Assembly: GCA_028023455.1 (NCBI GenBank)
Contig: JAQFVV010000003.1
Location: 19,096,001 to 19,160,000 of the forward strand
DNA: 64,000 nucleotides
Direction: 5' to 3'
Source: Epiperipatus broadwayi
Taxonomy: Eukaryota; Animalia; Onychophora
The translations under genes were made by a program, and so were the position numbers. Below, in pieces: positions 1 through 13,039 of the stretch (position 1 is its first letter; the number at the start of each line of letters is the position of its first letter). The notes beneath the pieces are model-generated. The model made no database searches, was not told the origin of the DNA, and was given only the letters and a program-made list of their open reading frames with translations.

Positions 1-1189
1 TGGAGCTACAGTAAAGAAAAGAGAATTGCTCGCCTGCTTTTTATTATTTGTAATGGAAGGAGAACCTAAAAAATTGGATGTTAAGATTATACTGAAGTGT
101 CGCATGAGTTTTATTTAATAAATTAAATATTAATTAATACTGCTTTGTACATGGAGAAAATATTGAAAACATTAACCATTATATTCAAAATGAAACTGGA
201 AATTTATTTTGAATATATTCATTTATATAAATAGATGATTTTTTATATTTTTTCCAAACTTACTATATATGGCCCTATAGTAGAATAGATAAGAGTAGTG
301 TGTCAAATATATAGGAAATATCTATTTCATTTAAATTTTTAAAAAAAAACTTGTACAAACTTTTAACTTAATGCAAATAATTTAAAGAGTCAATTTTTAA
401 TAGAAGGAAGAGAAAAACAACTAAATAAAAACTGCGTAATCAGGAAAAATGAGTACTGTTTGAATAAAGTGAGTAGTACTGATATCCATTGGGATAATTA
501 GTAAAGGGGTCTTGGCAAAAAGAATAAGTTGAATAAAGAAATCATACAGAGAAACAGATTGAATTAATGAAACAAGCTCACATAATAATAATGATCATGA
601 TATTTCATGGAGTGAGAAAAGGATTGGAGGGTTGAAATAAGAGATGAATCTGTGATTAATCAAATCTCCAAATAAAGTAGAGCAAGTGATATATCTGAAT
701 TATGAGAGAAATATTCAGTATAAGTCTGTCATTTCTGAATATTTTATATATAGAAAAACTTTCAAAGGAAAATATAAACTTATTCTAAACATACCATCAT
801 CACAAATCTTCAGGTAAACATTATTCTAAAAACTTTTAATAAATAATTTAAAATTGCAAATATTTTAATATTATAAAAAGTTAATAATAGTTAACATTAT
901 TTAAAATAATCTAATTTAAATCAATTGTATTAATTTTAGAATAGTTACTAGTCTGCAACTATTTCTGATTCCTCCTGGTGATTATTTTAAAACAAATTAA
1001 TGTTATTGAGAGACAAAAAAAAGTGGGAGAAAGAGGGACTATATTTACTTTATTGATTTTATTTTGAAAAACTATTTTATAGAATAAATTGGGTTATTTT
1101 GATGGTTATTTTGTATAGAAAATATGTAGATTAGAGGAGAGATATCTTTTAAATAAATTTCTGTGTATTAAACCACTAAAAAGATGAAA

Positions 1190-1400
1190 GGTGGTTGCTG
1201 GAGAGTTGCATTAGATCCAAAGATTTATATGTAGTGTTCTCAAATCCAAGGCTTCTCACTGATGAAAGCCATAAACTAAAAACTAGTCTGGGATATTTAA
1301 TGATTAAACAGTAGATAGAGATTTTGATTGCACAAACCTAGTCTCCATGGATTACTATGGCTTGCACTGGGTGGCATTACTGTATGTTGAGAGTTGCTAC
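1190..1400 (+). mobile_element. Dispersed repeat family B copy (HHR-bearing, PLE/retrozyme-like)
   Basis: Aligns by eye along its length with 32745-32955 (gtggttgctggagagttgcattagatcc...ctgatga...actagtc...ggcattactgtatg..gagttgc). Its 3' part also matches 6030-6110 and 8025-8123. Confidence 0.75.
1254..1293 (+). ncRNA. Degenerate minimal type I hammerhead ribozyme (family B)
   Basis: TCTCA-CTGATGA-aagccataaacta-AAAAC-TA-GTC-TGGGA. Stem I (TCTCA/TGGGA) and CUGAUGA are intact, but GAAA is mutated to AAAA and stem II is decayed relative to the 32807 copy. Confidence 0.65.
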
Positions 1401-1839
1401 TATTTTAAATTTCTAAGTAATGGAAATATATAAATATAACTGTTGAGAATGGAGTCATAATGCCTGTATGTATATATATAAATAAAATAGCTTAAAATTA
1501 AGCAAATCAACAAGGTTTAAAGTAAATAAAATTAGGAATGTTATCTTATCGTAGTGTTAAAATAATTAATATATAAATTATTATATGAATGTAAACAATG
1601 TATACCATATACCTTGTATGTACGTTTAAAGGACAATGTGCAACATGAATTATTTCATCAACTTATATGTTAATTCATAGTATTTATTAAAATCTTAGGA
1701 AGAAGATACTTTAACTATTAGTGAAACTATTTCTAGTGTGTATAAAATTCAATTTTTAAAAAAATATCAAGCAAAATATCTATTAATTTTACTTCTTTAA
1801 ATATATGCTCACAGATAAATCGGAACCAGAAATATAATT

Positions 1840-2060
1840 GTTTGATTATGGAGGAGATAGTGTATTGTTTGAGAGGAACTAGAAGTTTATTAGATAAAAT
1901 AAATATTTCATTTGTGTAATTTCACATTTTAAAAAATATAAGTTAAGATTCAATTTTAGCATTGAAAAGCCAAAAGATGCATTAAGTTATTAATAATGTT
2001 AAAGACATTAATTATTGTCAAACATGAGGGGAAAAAAACCCCAAATCTTTTATCTGAAAC
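1840..2060 (+). pseudogene. Decayed Penelope-like RT fragment
   Basis: Frames give MEEIVYCLRGTRSLLDKIN and FNFSIEKPKD, resembling the PLE RT YVDDIxxCFxGT...FTxExE region. Many stops. Confidence 0.35.
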
Positions 2061-2644
2061 AAATATTTTAAGATATTGGGGTAATTAATTCATTTGATAA
2101 ATATGATTAAGATGCTTATTAACAATACCTGTGAGCAGGTGAGAAGGTTAATATGTATGTTATAAAAAACGTTTTTTAGATAACAAGAAATTGATAAATA
2201 AAAGGAAGAAAATAATATTAAGTAATTATTAGAGTTGTTGAACAATTATTATTACTAAATCAAGGAAGTGAATTTTACTTAAAAGTTATAAATAAAGCAG
2301 AATACTGTAACTAACTACAAGATTGTCACTTGATTCTAATATTGAATAGAAAGCAATAAGTTAGATAATTACTTTTTAGTAAACAATTGAGGTTGTTCCA
2401 AGACACTGCTAGTGAATGTAGTGTAATGGAGATAATAGCTTACATTTTGTTTATTGACAGTTCTTCAGAATTGTAAATAAATCTACATATAAAAAAACAT
2501 TTAAAATGTGCATACTGTATATATAATAATAATATTAATGGTGATTGCAAAACCTTTAGTCTATATATAAATAAAAACAATAGAGAAAATTCACTGTATA
2601 ATTTAAAAGCAAAGTCAAAAACTAAATCTTATATAACAACACAT

Positions 2645-2905
2645 AAATCAGTGTGGGAAGATATTTAGAAGTTTTGATTATTTATTTATTATTACAATAA
2701 TAATAATAGTATATATAATAATAAAGAGGGAGGAGAGAAGCAGTAGCAATAGCTGCCACTAACACGTGTAACTCAGTGGGAAGTAGTTACTTCCACTTTA
2801 CAATTACAGATATTTAGAAGTTTTGATTATTTATTAATTATTACAATAATAATAATAGTAGATATATAATAATAATGAGGGAGGAAAGAAGCAACAGCAC
2901 CACCA
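2645..2905. repeat. Imperfect tandem duplication (~120-150 bp units)
   Basis: cagtg.gggaag...gatatttagaagttttgattatttatt.attattacaataataataatagta.atataataata..gagggagga.agaagca occurs twice. Confidence 0.8.
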
Positions 2906-2939
2906 GTCAAAAATAGCATGGCCATTCCAACTTCAAAAA

Positions 2940-5850
2940 GAAAAGAAAGGAGAGGAAAAAAGTATGGAAATGAGTTTTGTGATGAATATACAAATCAACA
3001 GGTGAATCATAAATGTACGCACATATAGAACATGCTGGTCTATTTTTTTGTTCACTTGATATTTTAAGATCTTTTCTTTTAGTTTCCTCAGCAGAAAAAT
3101 TTTCTTTCTGAAATGCACTTTTTTTAGAATGTCTTTCAGATAATTCTTATAATGTAAATGGGATCTACTCCTACTAAATTCTTGCGCAAGTTCACCATAA
3201 AACAAACTTAAAAAGCTTTCCAATATTCATTAGTTTTACATATCCAATCCAACAGGGTGTGATTTTATAATAATGGATCCAATAGTATCATATACAGCAA
3301 GCTGAAGAACATAGTGATTGATTTTATGATCTGGCCATTTTTAAAATTTTATAGAGCATCTTTAAATGAAACTTTTCTAATGCCTTTACATTGCCTGAAA
3401 GAGTATCCAAATTTCATCTTCTTATAATAAATTAACTAAAATAACAGCTCTATACACAGCTAACTTAGTTATAGTAGTTATTTTCCTATGATAAAATACT
3501 CTATTTTAATTTATTAATAGCAGCAGCACATTGGAGCTAGATTGGATCTCAGTCCACTTTTCTACTTATAGAACAACTAAGGTATTTGAATTGATTACAT
3601 TCTCAAGTTGATAATTATCCAAGCTGAAAATAAATGAAGATTTTTCTTTGTCATTGGATGATAAAGAACTTTAGTTTTTTTTTTAACATTAATTAATAAA
3701 CAGATCTTTATAACTTGCATTCAAAACAATAAGAACATTCATCTTTTGAATTGGACAAAATAGTGCAATTATCAGCATACTGTAAATCCAGAAACCAAGA
3801 AGAAATTCGTTTTTTGACATTAATCGATTAAAATTAAAAATTCCACCATCAAACTCGTATTTTGCTCTCTGTTAATTAAGTCTAAACAATTCCAAATATC
3901 ATTGTCATAAAAATTAAAAACAATGTTGGAGCAAGTTCACATCCTTGTTTAACAGCAGTTTTCATTTCATATGCCTCAGATTTTTCATGCATGGTATGTA
4001 GAAGCTGTAAAATATGAATTAATTTTGGTGGATAATCAACTACTTTCAAAAAATGTCATAGATCTATTCTACTAATTGAATAAAATATCTTGGCTATAAG
4101 CAATATTGTTCTCAACACTTTTCTTGTATTTGCCTGGCAACAAAAATAATATCTAGTGCTGCTTGAGTCTCTAAACCCACATTTTAGAGTCTGGTAGCCA
4201 TTCATCTATAACTGGAAGCAATCTATTCTCCAAAATTCTTGAAAGTATTTTAACTGTAGTGGATAATAATAATATTTTATGATAATTACCAGAATCTTGT
4301 CTTAATCCCTTTGTTTTTAAAAATTGGAACAATGAAAGCATCTTTAAGACTGGATGGCACAACTTCATGGGTTCAGATATTCTTAAAAGATTGCAATATT
4401 TTTAAAGATAACATATCACCATTGTATTTTAAAACTTTTCAAGGTATTTCATCAGGATCTGAAGCCTTTCCATTTTTAAAATTACAATGAGCTGTTTTTA
4501 TAAAGCTGGATATCTATGTCCAAATCTTATTGAGTAGATAAAATGGATGTAACAACTAAAAATTGTTATCTCAATTTTTTCATTATTCAAAAGATGATCA
4601 AAATATTATTTCCACCTATTTAAAATATTATTATTATATCATAGAGTGCCTTGATTTAATGTAATTGTGATACTATTTCTCAGATCCATATATGTCTTTC
4701 AATTGCATTGAAAAAAGATGTAGAATGACTAAGATCAGAAAATATCTGTATCATCTTTGCAATTTCAATCTACCAATCTTTTTTAAGCCTTCTTGTCAGT
4801 CATTGAGCTGCCTTCAGATCTTTATATTTATTATTAAGTTCCACATCTAATTTATTATTTTGCCAAACAGAGAATGTCACATTTCTTTTTGATTAAATCA
4901 CTAATAATAAGATAACTATCAGAAAACCAGTGATGATTCTTTTTACTGAACCGGAGAATAGATTTACTTGAATTTATAATACATTTCCATAAGAGAATTC
5001 CCTGCTTCAGTAATATGACAGTCCTGAAGATCCAAATTAGCAATTTTTGTGTTTAATAGTTGTTGAAATTGAATATGTGTAATAGAGTTTTCTATGTGTA
5101 ATAGAGTTTTCTAAACAACAAACTTCAATTTTCTTGTGAATATGATTGGAATAATATCTATTTTTAAATGCAATTATTGTAATATTGACATGTACTAATC
5201 TATGATTTGTCTCACTGTCTGAACTTGTAAGTGCTCATGTAATATGAATTTTTCTTATATGCTGATTCCTAATTATAATATAATCTATTAAATGTCATTG
5301 TTTTGAGGATGGATGCATCCATTTTCCTTTGTGTTAGTTTTCCTACCTAAGCAAAGTGTTTATAATAATCAACCCATGTGTTGTGCATTAATTTAATAAC
5401 AAACCATTTGAATTTACAACCCTAATACCATTATTTTTAATAACTTTTGGCCAAAGTCTATGTGCATTAAAGTCTCCAAGAAGAAAAATTCAATCTTTTA
5501 ATGATATTGATGTAATAATACTATCCAACAAGGAGTAAAATCTTTTCTTATCTGAATCTAAGGTTGGTGCATAAGCATTATTAAAATGACTTCTAGTATC
5601 ATTATGCAAAGTGAGTTTTAAGATATTAGCTTTTCATTGATACAATGAGGAATTCCAACATTAGAAGATACTAAATTAGATTTTATAGCAAATGCAATAC
5701 CACTTTCACTGGCTGACTTGCCTTTCCAAAAACTTGTATCAATCCATCTATCAATCCGAAATCTTGACAGCTTAACAACAATTGGTCTTAGAAGAATTGG
5801 TATCATAAAGCTTGCATATTCCATATACCTATATTCAGGGGAAAATTAGA
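2940..5850 (-). mobile_element. Degenerate RTE-clade LINE (APE endonuclease + RT)
   Basis: Minus-strand motifs in order: IGIWNMQAL, FWKGKSASESGIAFAIKSNLV, NAYAPTLD, LLGDFNAH, NYHKILLLSTTVKILSRILENRLLPVIDEWLPDS, LQYADNCTIL (~3770). Broken by stops and frameshifts. Confidence 0.85.
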
Positions 5851-5980
5851 TTTATAATACTTATATTTAGTACTACTATTACCTCTTGCTTCAACACTAC
5901 TGTTCTTATTATTTTTATCGCTAAAGTGAATAATCAGATGATCATTATTTCTTATGCTTGCTCAAGCTGCTAAAATAGTC

Positions 5981-6107
5981 AAAACTCTCCATACAGTAGT
6001 GCCATCCAGTGCAAGCCAGAGTAATCAATGGATTTTATGCACAAGCTTTTTGACATCCATTCATTACTCTGACTTGCACTGAGTGGCACTACTGTATGAA
6101 GAGTTTT
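5981..6107. repeat. Hairpin (about 52-bp arms, 23-nt spacer) made from the 3' end of family B
   Basis: aaaactctccatacagtagtgccatccagtgcaagccagagtaatcaatgga ... tccattcattactctgacttgcactgagtggcactactgtatgaagagtttt. The right arm matches 32895-32950. Confidence 0.85.
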
Positions 6108-6929
6108 GCCTGTTTCGAAGTGTATAATCCACCAGGTGTGACAACCTAGCTAGACTATGTGAGGCAGGTTATTTTTAGACATTGTTTTGGCTATCCCACT
6201 TTCTTGGTAAATGGGTATTACTAAGTAGGGTTGTCTAAACATACATTCTATGCCAGCTGAAACTTGTATCTCACTTAAATCCAGTTCCAAACTGACTTAC
6301 TAGTGATTGTATGGCCTCAAGCAAAGATTGTAATTAAGGACTGCCAGCATACTATTATCATCTTTATTTTGGTTTTGTTTTTTTGTTAATTTTCAAGGGC
6401 TTGAGCTTAAAAAAAAAATGAAGAAAAACTAAATATTTGAATCAGAAATACTATGCTATGCTAGTAGTTAAATATCGGAAATGTTGTTGCACAAACACAA
6501 TGCCGTAGTCAGAAATGCCATGCTTGTAGTTAAATGTTGGAAATGTTGTTGCATAAACACATAATATCATTATTACAATTGATAGCATGAAAAACTTATA
6601 ACAACCAAGCCATAAGTGACTGAAGAAGGGGACCAAAAAGTCTATTGGAATCAGTACCTAACCTTTGATAAATCAGCATCCTATCCTACAAAACAGCAAT
6701 AGCTCTTGGTCTGGCAGTGTTTATTTCTTATTCACAGTTGACTTTTATATTTAAAGGCCATTCCACTATCTGCTACCTGTGGAGGCTATAGTTAGCCTGA
6801 TCACAGCATCTGACGTATGTTCAAGTACTGATAATATAGACACATATGCATATACACTTATATGTTATAATTTAAAAATCAATATAGTACCATCATTATT
6901 TTTAACTATTTATTGGTATACTGCTGGAT

Positions 6930-7429
6930 GAAGGTTTCTCCAAGTTTACAAAAAATTTTTTGCCTATCCATTTCGTATGGTCTTTTTCTAGTTCTTTTAT
7001 AGTCTCTTGAAGTTTAGTTTAAACTTCAACTGCCCATCTATTATCTCTTCTAGCAATATGACCACTCCAGTTCCATGTTAGTCTCTTCTTTTAATGACTT
7101 CAATGATATTTTTTGTTCTGATCCGAGTATTTCCTTTTTGATTCTTTATTATTTCTAACATATACTTTTTCATAATTTATGAAGTTTTAGAGAACTAGTA
7201 AAACATTTCTATTACGAATGTTGTTTTTCAAACATATGTTCATATTTTCTTTTGATAATATTAAATTATTTTTACCTCAAACACCATATCTAAATTTAAT
7301 TCCATGAATAATTTCATCTATTATATTTTCATTTATATTAATTTGATCAAAGTATTCATGATTATCAATCTTAAATTACTTTCTAAAAAATCTATTGAAC
7401 ATTACTTTAATTTTTTTAGTATTTATCTT
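6930..7429 (-). mobile_element. RTE-type LINE, 3' part (continues at 18154-19040)
   Basis: Minus strand reads KINTKKIKVMFNR...IRIRTKNIIEVIK...DNRWAVEVLN...RKRPYE, typical of an RTE C-terminus. The frame joins the 18154 segment across the LTR insertion. Confidence 0.75.
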
Positions 7430-7891
7430 TGAACTGTCTGACCATAATAGCGATGTGTGTGCGCATATATATTATAAAATTTATAGTTGTGTAAATAAAG
7501 TTAAAATACTTATTGAAACTATAATCGAACAGGAAGTGAATAAATACCCCCTACTAGCCTACACTAGAAAATTTACATATGAATAACATGTAATGGAATT
7601 ATTGTAACACTAATATCTACTAATATATTAAGGTTTATGTGAAATATTGAACTGATATATAAACTGAAGAAATCTACCCTTGTGTGTGAGATATTAGTGT
7701 GCTTGTGAAGAAGTTGTAATCATACCTACAGAAGATTAGTCTCTAAGAAAAAAAATGTATTTAATTTTATCTTTATATATATTTGTTTTGTTTCGAGTTA
7801 ATAAATCCCTGTGGTTAAGTTTAATGTAGTTTTGTTCTTATAAAAAAGTTTACCCAGCTGGTATTGTCAATAATACTCTGGATACATAGCA
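7430..7891 (+). repeat. 5' LTR
   Basis: Starts TG, ends CA, followed by a PBS-like motif. Homologous to 17645-18153. Confidence 0.75.
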
Positions 7892-8007
7892 AATTGACAC
7901 AGTCGGCAGTTCAAGAACCTGTAAAGTATACTGGCATAGTTTGACATTTAAAATAAAACCAGGGTAAAAATGAAAAATAATGGCACTTCATAATAATGCA
8001 ATTAAAG

Positions 8008-8123
8008 CAGGCAAAACTCACTATGAGTAGGTACTAGATGGGGATTTTGTGCACAAGCTTTCTGGCATCCATTGATTACTCTAGCTTGCTATGTGTGGCA
8101 ATACGTATAGTGAGTTTTACCTG
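8008..8123. repeat. 5'-truncated family B copy with a 17-bp inverted terminal arm
   Basis: caggcaaaactcactat / atagtgagttttacctg flank gagtaggtactagatggggattttgtgcacaagctttctggcatcc, which matches 32855-32900. Confidence 0.75.
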
Positions 8124-8765
8124 TTTTAATAACAGTTATAAGCAAGCATAAGAAATGGTGATCATGTAATAATGCAATTAGCGAATTTGATATTAACAAC
8201 CCAACAGGTTGGCAAATATACATGGCACAACATAATTGATAATAAAGTAAAAATAGCAATGTTAATCTGATTGCATGTAAAAGAAGTTCTGCAAGTGGCA
8301 AACCTACTTGATCTGAAATTGGTACTTATGTAGTATGCCTGCTGGAAGTTTGCCAGACATTTTATTTTAAATAATGCATTTTCAGGGGCTTCCAACATAT
8401 GATATAAACAATATGACTGAGTCTAAGTTATCGTATTCAATATTTCATTTTTATTTATTAAAATGATAAATAAAAGAAACCTTGAAAGTATAAAGGATTG
8501 TAATTAAAAAATTTTAACTGTAAATTCACTACACCAGTGAAACAGTCAGATTCAAGTCTTACTTTTACCTTTTCTATGGTCGTTCACCCACCATCTCTCT
8601 CCTACCTAAATTTAAACCCTAGATATTGGATTGGGTGTGTATAGCAGTATTAGAACAATACTTGTATGCGCCCAAACTAAGTAATCAATGTGTGGGTATA
8701 TATATATGAGCGTAGATTAAATGCGGCATGTGTATACACATACTTTAATATCGTATGTAAATGTT

Positions 8766-8887
8766 AAGTAAAAAAATAATGTGATTTAGAAATAATCTTT
8801 TAAAGCTATGTAGCATTTATTTAAAGCTCTAAGTAAAAAAAATAATATGATTTAGAAATAATCTTTTAAAGCTATGTAGCATTTATT
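8766..8887. repeat. Tandem duplication, ~65-bp period
   Basis: aagtaaaaaaataat.tgatttagaaataatcttttaaagctatgtagcatttattt occurs twice. Confidence 0.85.
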
Positions 8888-11632
8888 TTTAAATCAATTT
8901 TTCTGTATCATTATTTTAAAGTAATATTAAAATAATAAAGGTGGAAATTTCAAATTTATAAATTAAAAAAAAAAAAATCTTATTAGTTTATTTTAAATTG
9001 GCAAGATCATGTTAAAATTCTTATATTAAAGATAACTGAGGATTGGTGAGGAACAATAGAATGCATTAACAAATTCCTAGAAAACTTTAATGATTTAAAA
9101 TAATTAGTCAAAATAAATTAATTTTCAAACATATCTAATCTTGTAATTAGGTCAAACATATACTAAAAAAATAATGTGCATTAAGGCGGTAAGAAGTAAC
9201 TCAACAAAAAGAGAAATTTGTGGTATCCAAGTTTAATTTTAAACAAAGAAATATATTGCTAATGAAGTAATTCACCCGAGGGCATGACAACAGCCAGATA
9301 AGAAAACAATATAAAAGGACAAAATTGAATTAAGGATTATATTATAAATTTTTTTTAGGAGAAAGGAGATATAATTAAAATCTACGAGAGTTCTAAATCT
9401 TAAAATGGCAGAATAGAAGATGGCAAAGCGCTATTCTCCGGGGAATGGTCAATTAACCACCAAAGCCTTCATACGTGTCCTCTGGATAATGATAATATGG
9501 AGTGAAAATATGCCAGCATGGAAAGAAATATACTACTTGCTGAAAATTGCTGTTGCTATCAGAAATTTTATATGACCTAAATTTGAAGAAATACACTAAG
9601 AGAAAACTGCTGCTGTAAATCCATGATGAATAATGTGTGACTGATATGAACCCCATGTGCACAATCATCCCAAGTTTAAAAGCAGGTAACTTGTACCCAA
9701 GAATTCTAGAGTACTCTCAATCTTCGAAAAGCTATAGCTATTCATTAGTAATATTTTCCAATTAAAGTAATCTTAATATATTTTAACTTCTGTAAATATT
9801 TCTTTTTATTAATTAACTCACCTGATTCTTATTCTAATAATCTAGGTACATATTTTATATATATGTTTGGAATTTTTGATTTTCTATAATATGCCTAGAT
9901 AATTTCTTTCTGGGCGAGTCATATCCTCCTGAGTGTAACGTAAAGCTGCCGCCATATTTTATGGACGACTAAAGATAGGGACACTATTGTACTCTCTTTT
10001 CCCTTCATACTTGTTTTAGCTTGCCAACCCGGAGATTATCAAATTTTAAAATATACTGATAAATTACACAAAATACCTGATGCATATAAAACAATATCCA
10101 ATGTTTGAATGTATCTGTCTTAAATTACTTACCATATAATTATTCATGTATTTAAGGAAAATACGCATTTGTTATTTGTCTCACTCTTAATTATAAATGC
10201 GAGGATATACGGGTAATTAGGTTGGCGGACATATTAGTTAGAAACTATGAACATATCAACTGTTTATGCACCTTTGTAATCATACCCTTTTGTTCGTAAT
10301 TCAGTTTTTCTGTTCAGGTTAAGTCAAATATTGTTATTTTCATTAAGCAACATAGAATCAAAGGTTCAAACTATTTAAATCTGGGCATTGGGAGAGATTG
10401 AGTCATTATAATTTAAAGCTTAATTTAGAAGTAAGTTACTGTTCGGAGATGCAATGATTTTTTTTAGAGCTTTGTGATTTCTTCATTGATAAATAAAAGT
10501 ATTACCGTATTCTTTCTCATTTCCCATAAAGTGGACAAAATAAGATGTCCCCATGGGCATTTGACTTTCATCACACAGTCAGGTAGTATTCATGGCACTG
10601 TCTCGTACACCTGATGATGCTAATATGACAACCTTTGGATGGGCCACTGGCAGATGCCAACTCATCGTTCTGATTTTTCTCGAACATTGCTCAGCAGTTT
10701 TCAAGTACTGCAATATCATCAATCATTAGGTCTCTAATAGTATCACCTATTTATCTATTTTCTTTGGGTTACGATGCATTTTGATAATACGACTCCATCT
10801 TTTCACCGTCTAACGTTTTATTAACCACACTAATGCTCATTCTTAAACCTAACGCGCTTAAATCAATTAAATTGTTTATTTAAATTAGATATACCTTCTT
10901 TGTTTATTGTCTTTACTTCTAAGTCAATCTTGGTATGTCCACGACCACAGTTATCATTTTTCATTTAAAACCTTGCATCGAAAGCATTGAAACACAAATT
11001 CTCATTATAGGCATAAGATTATATTATATGCACTCATTATACCCAATTGTTCAAGGGAGTTGAGTAAGCATGTATCATAATAGTTAACCTATGTGTCAGT
11101 GTCATTATTAATGTTATCTGAATTGTACATATACCGATACCAATAACTGATTATTATATAATATGTGTATGTGTAATTCATTAAACTTTATCTGTTAATC
11201 ATACGTCTGCTGTGATAATGTCTATTTGTTCAACACACAGTAATATTATCTCACCTCGGTAACTGAAATGCTAGATATATAAATATTAATATCATAACCA
11301 TACATTACCCTTGATAATTGGCTAATCCAGAGCAAATTAATAATAGTCTTTTGTCTCTTCCTGATCCCCGTGCCTAGAATAAGAGTTTGCTGGTGTGGCA
11401 TCAGGTGCATTGTTGCATAGTGAGTGTTGTGAAACCGAATCATCAGATTCGAACTCTGTATTGCTGGTGGCTTTCCCTACCTGTAAGGTTACTCTTCGTT
11501 TCTGGTGTTTGGATTTTGCAGCATGCTAGCGAAGCATACAAATCTGACCATTACGCCAATTGTAAACTAATCTTGGTGCACTTGCAAATGATATTTTGGA
11601 GCCTTCTAACCATGTTCCTTTCTAAATATATA

Positions 11633-12407
11633 GGTGTTTAGAACATAATTTGTACACTATGCCCACATCGCATCTGCTCGCATATAAAATGTCTTATCGT
11701 GCTCATTATCACATACTTTTCGAGTGAGTACTATCTTGTAATTTTGAAAATATTCCACTGCATCTTGTTTTGTTGATAAAAGATTCCAAATTTTAATCCT
11801 ATTTTCAAAAATGGTAAAGAAATGTTAAAAAAATCACGAATAACTATAATTTTAGCCATTTATTATCTCTTCACCTCGTTCTCATGACATGTTAACATTT
11901 CTATGTTATGTTGTGAATGGAATTTATTAAAAAAATGTATTCAAATTTTTTTATGTTAACAAGCTATATATGTTCAAGAAACAAAAATGTGAACAATTTT
12001 CAGAGTCTAAGTATTTGTTTAAATTTTTTTTTTCTCGAACATGTATAGCTTGTTAACTTTAAAAAATATTAACAAATATATTGTAAAATGAATGTTAATT
12101 TTAAAAAATTCCCATACATTTTTTAATATTTCCATTCACAATATAATGTCCAAATGTTAACATGTGGTAAACTAACATGAAGTTTAACAGATAGCACATG
12201 GTGATTTTTTCAACCTTTCTTTTTTGCCTTGTCATTTTTGGAAATATGATTAAAATTTGGAATCTTTCATCAATACCAGATGCAGTGGAATATTTTCAAA
12301 ATTACAGATTAGTGCCCATTCGAAAAGTGTGTGATAGTGGGCATGATATGACACTTTATGTGTGGAGATGTAATGGCGGCATCGGATGCAAATATGTTCT
12401 AAGCACC
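11633..12407. mobile_element. Foldback/MITE-like element with long imperfect TIRs
   Basis: Termini ggtgtttagaacata / tatgttctaagcacc. Internal inverted blocks include gtaattttgaaaatattccactgcatct versus its exact reverse complement near 12279-12306, and aagattccaaattttaatc. No convincing TSD. Confidence 0.8.
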
Positions 12408-13039
12408 AAATTGTTTGGAAAGAAACTTGGATAGAAGACTCCAACGCATCATTTGTGAGTGCACTGATGTGCAGCTGATGTAGTGAATTTACATTTAAAA
12501 AAATTTATAATTACAACACTTTGGACTTTGATGTTTCTTTTATTTATCATCTTATTAAATAAAAATAAATAAATATTGAATACAATAACTTAGTCTCAAT
12601 CATATTGTTTATATCATGTGTTGAAAGCCCCTGAAAATGGATTATTTAAAATAAAACAGCTGGCAAGCTTATGGCGGCATACTACGTAAGTACCCTAAAA
12701 TCTCCCAAGGAAATACTGTATCATGATAGGCATGGCTCAGATTTAGAAACACAAGATAGATACACCAGAATATTCAAGATTATGATGTGGAACTAAGAAC
12801 TCTATCTACAGAATGCAATTTCGGTGCTGTGTTGGATAACATGTTCCTCAACCAACTACTATGGGAAATGAATGACAGTAAGCTCAGACAAGTTCTATAC
12901 TTGGTGAGTCTGGTTTAAAGTATAAATATGTAATAGGAAATATATAGCCCATAATGTACAGAAAATGCTGCAGAATTCCAATGCGAAGAAAACCCAATGA
13001 TTATAAACAAAGTGAAAATTGAGAGTTCAAATCACAGAA

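Noticed and set aside
12625-12665. cccctgaaaatggattatttaaaataaaacagc (and ctgaagaagggg at ~6621) as hammerhead relics
   Set aside because: Core and stems need too many assumed mutations.
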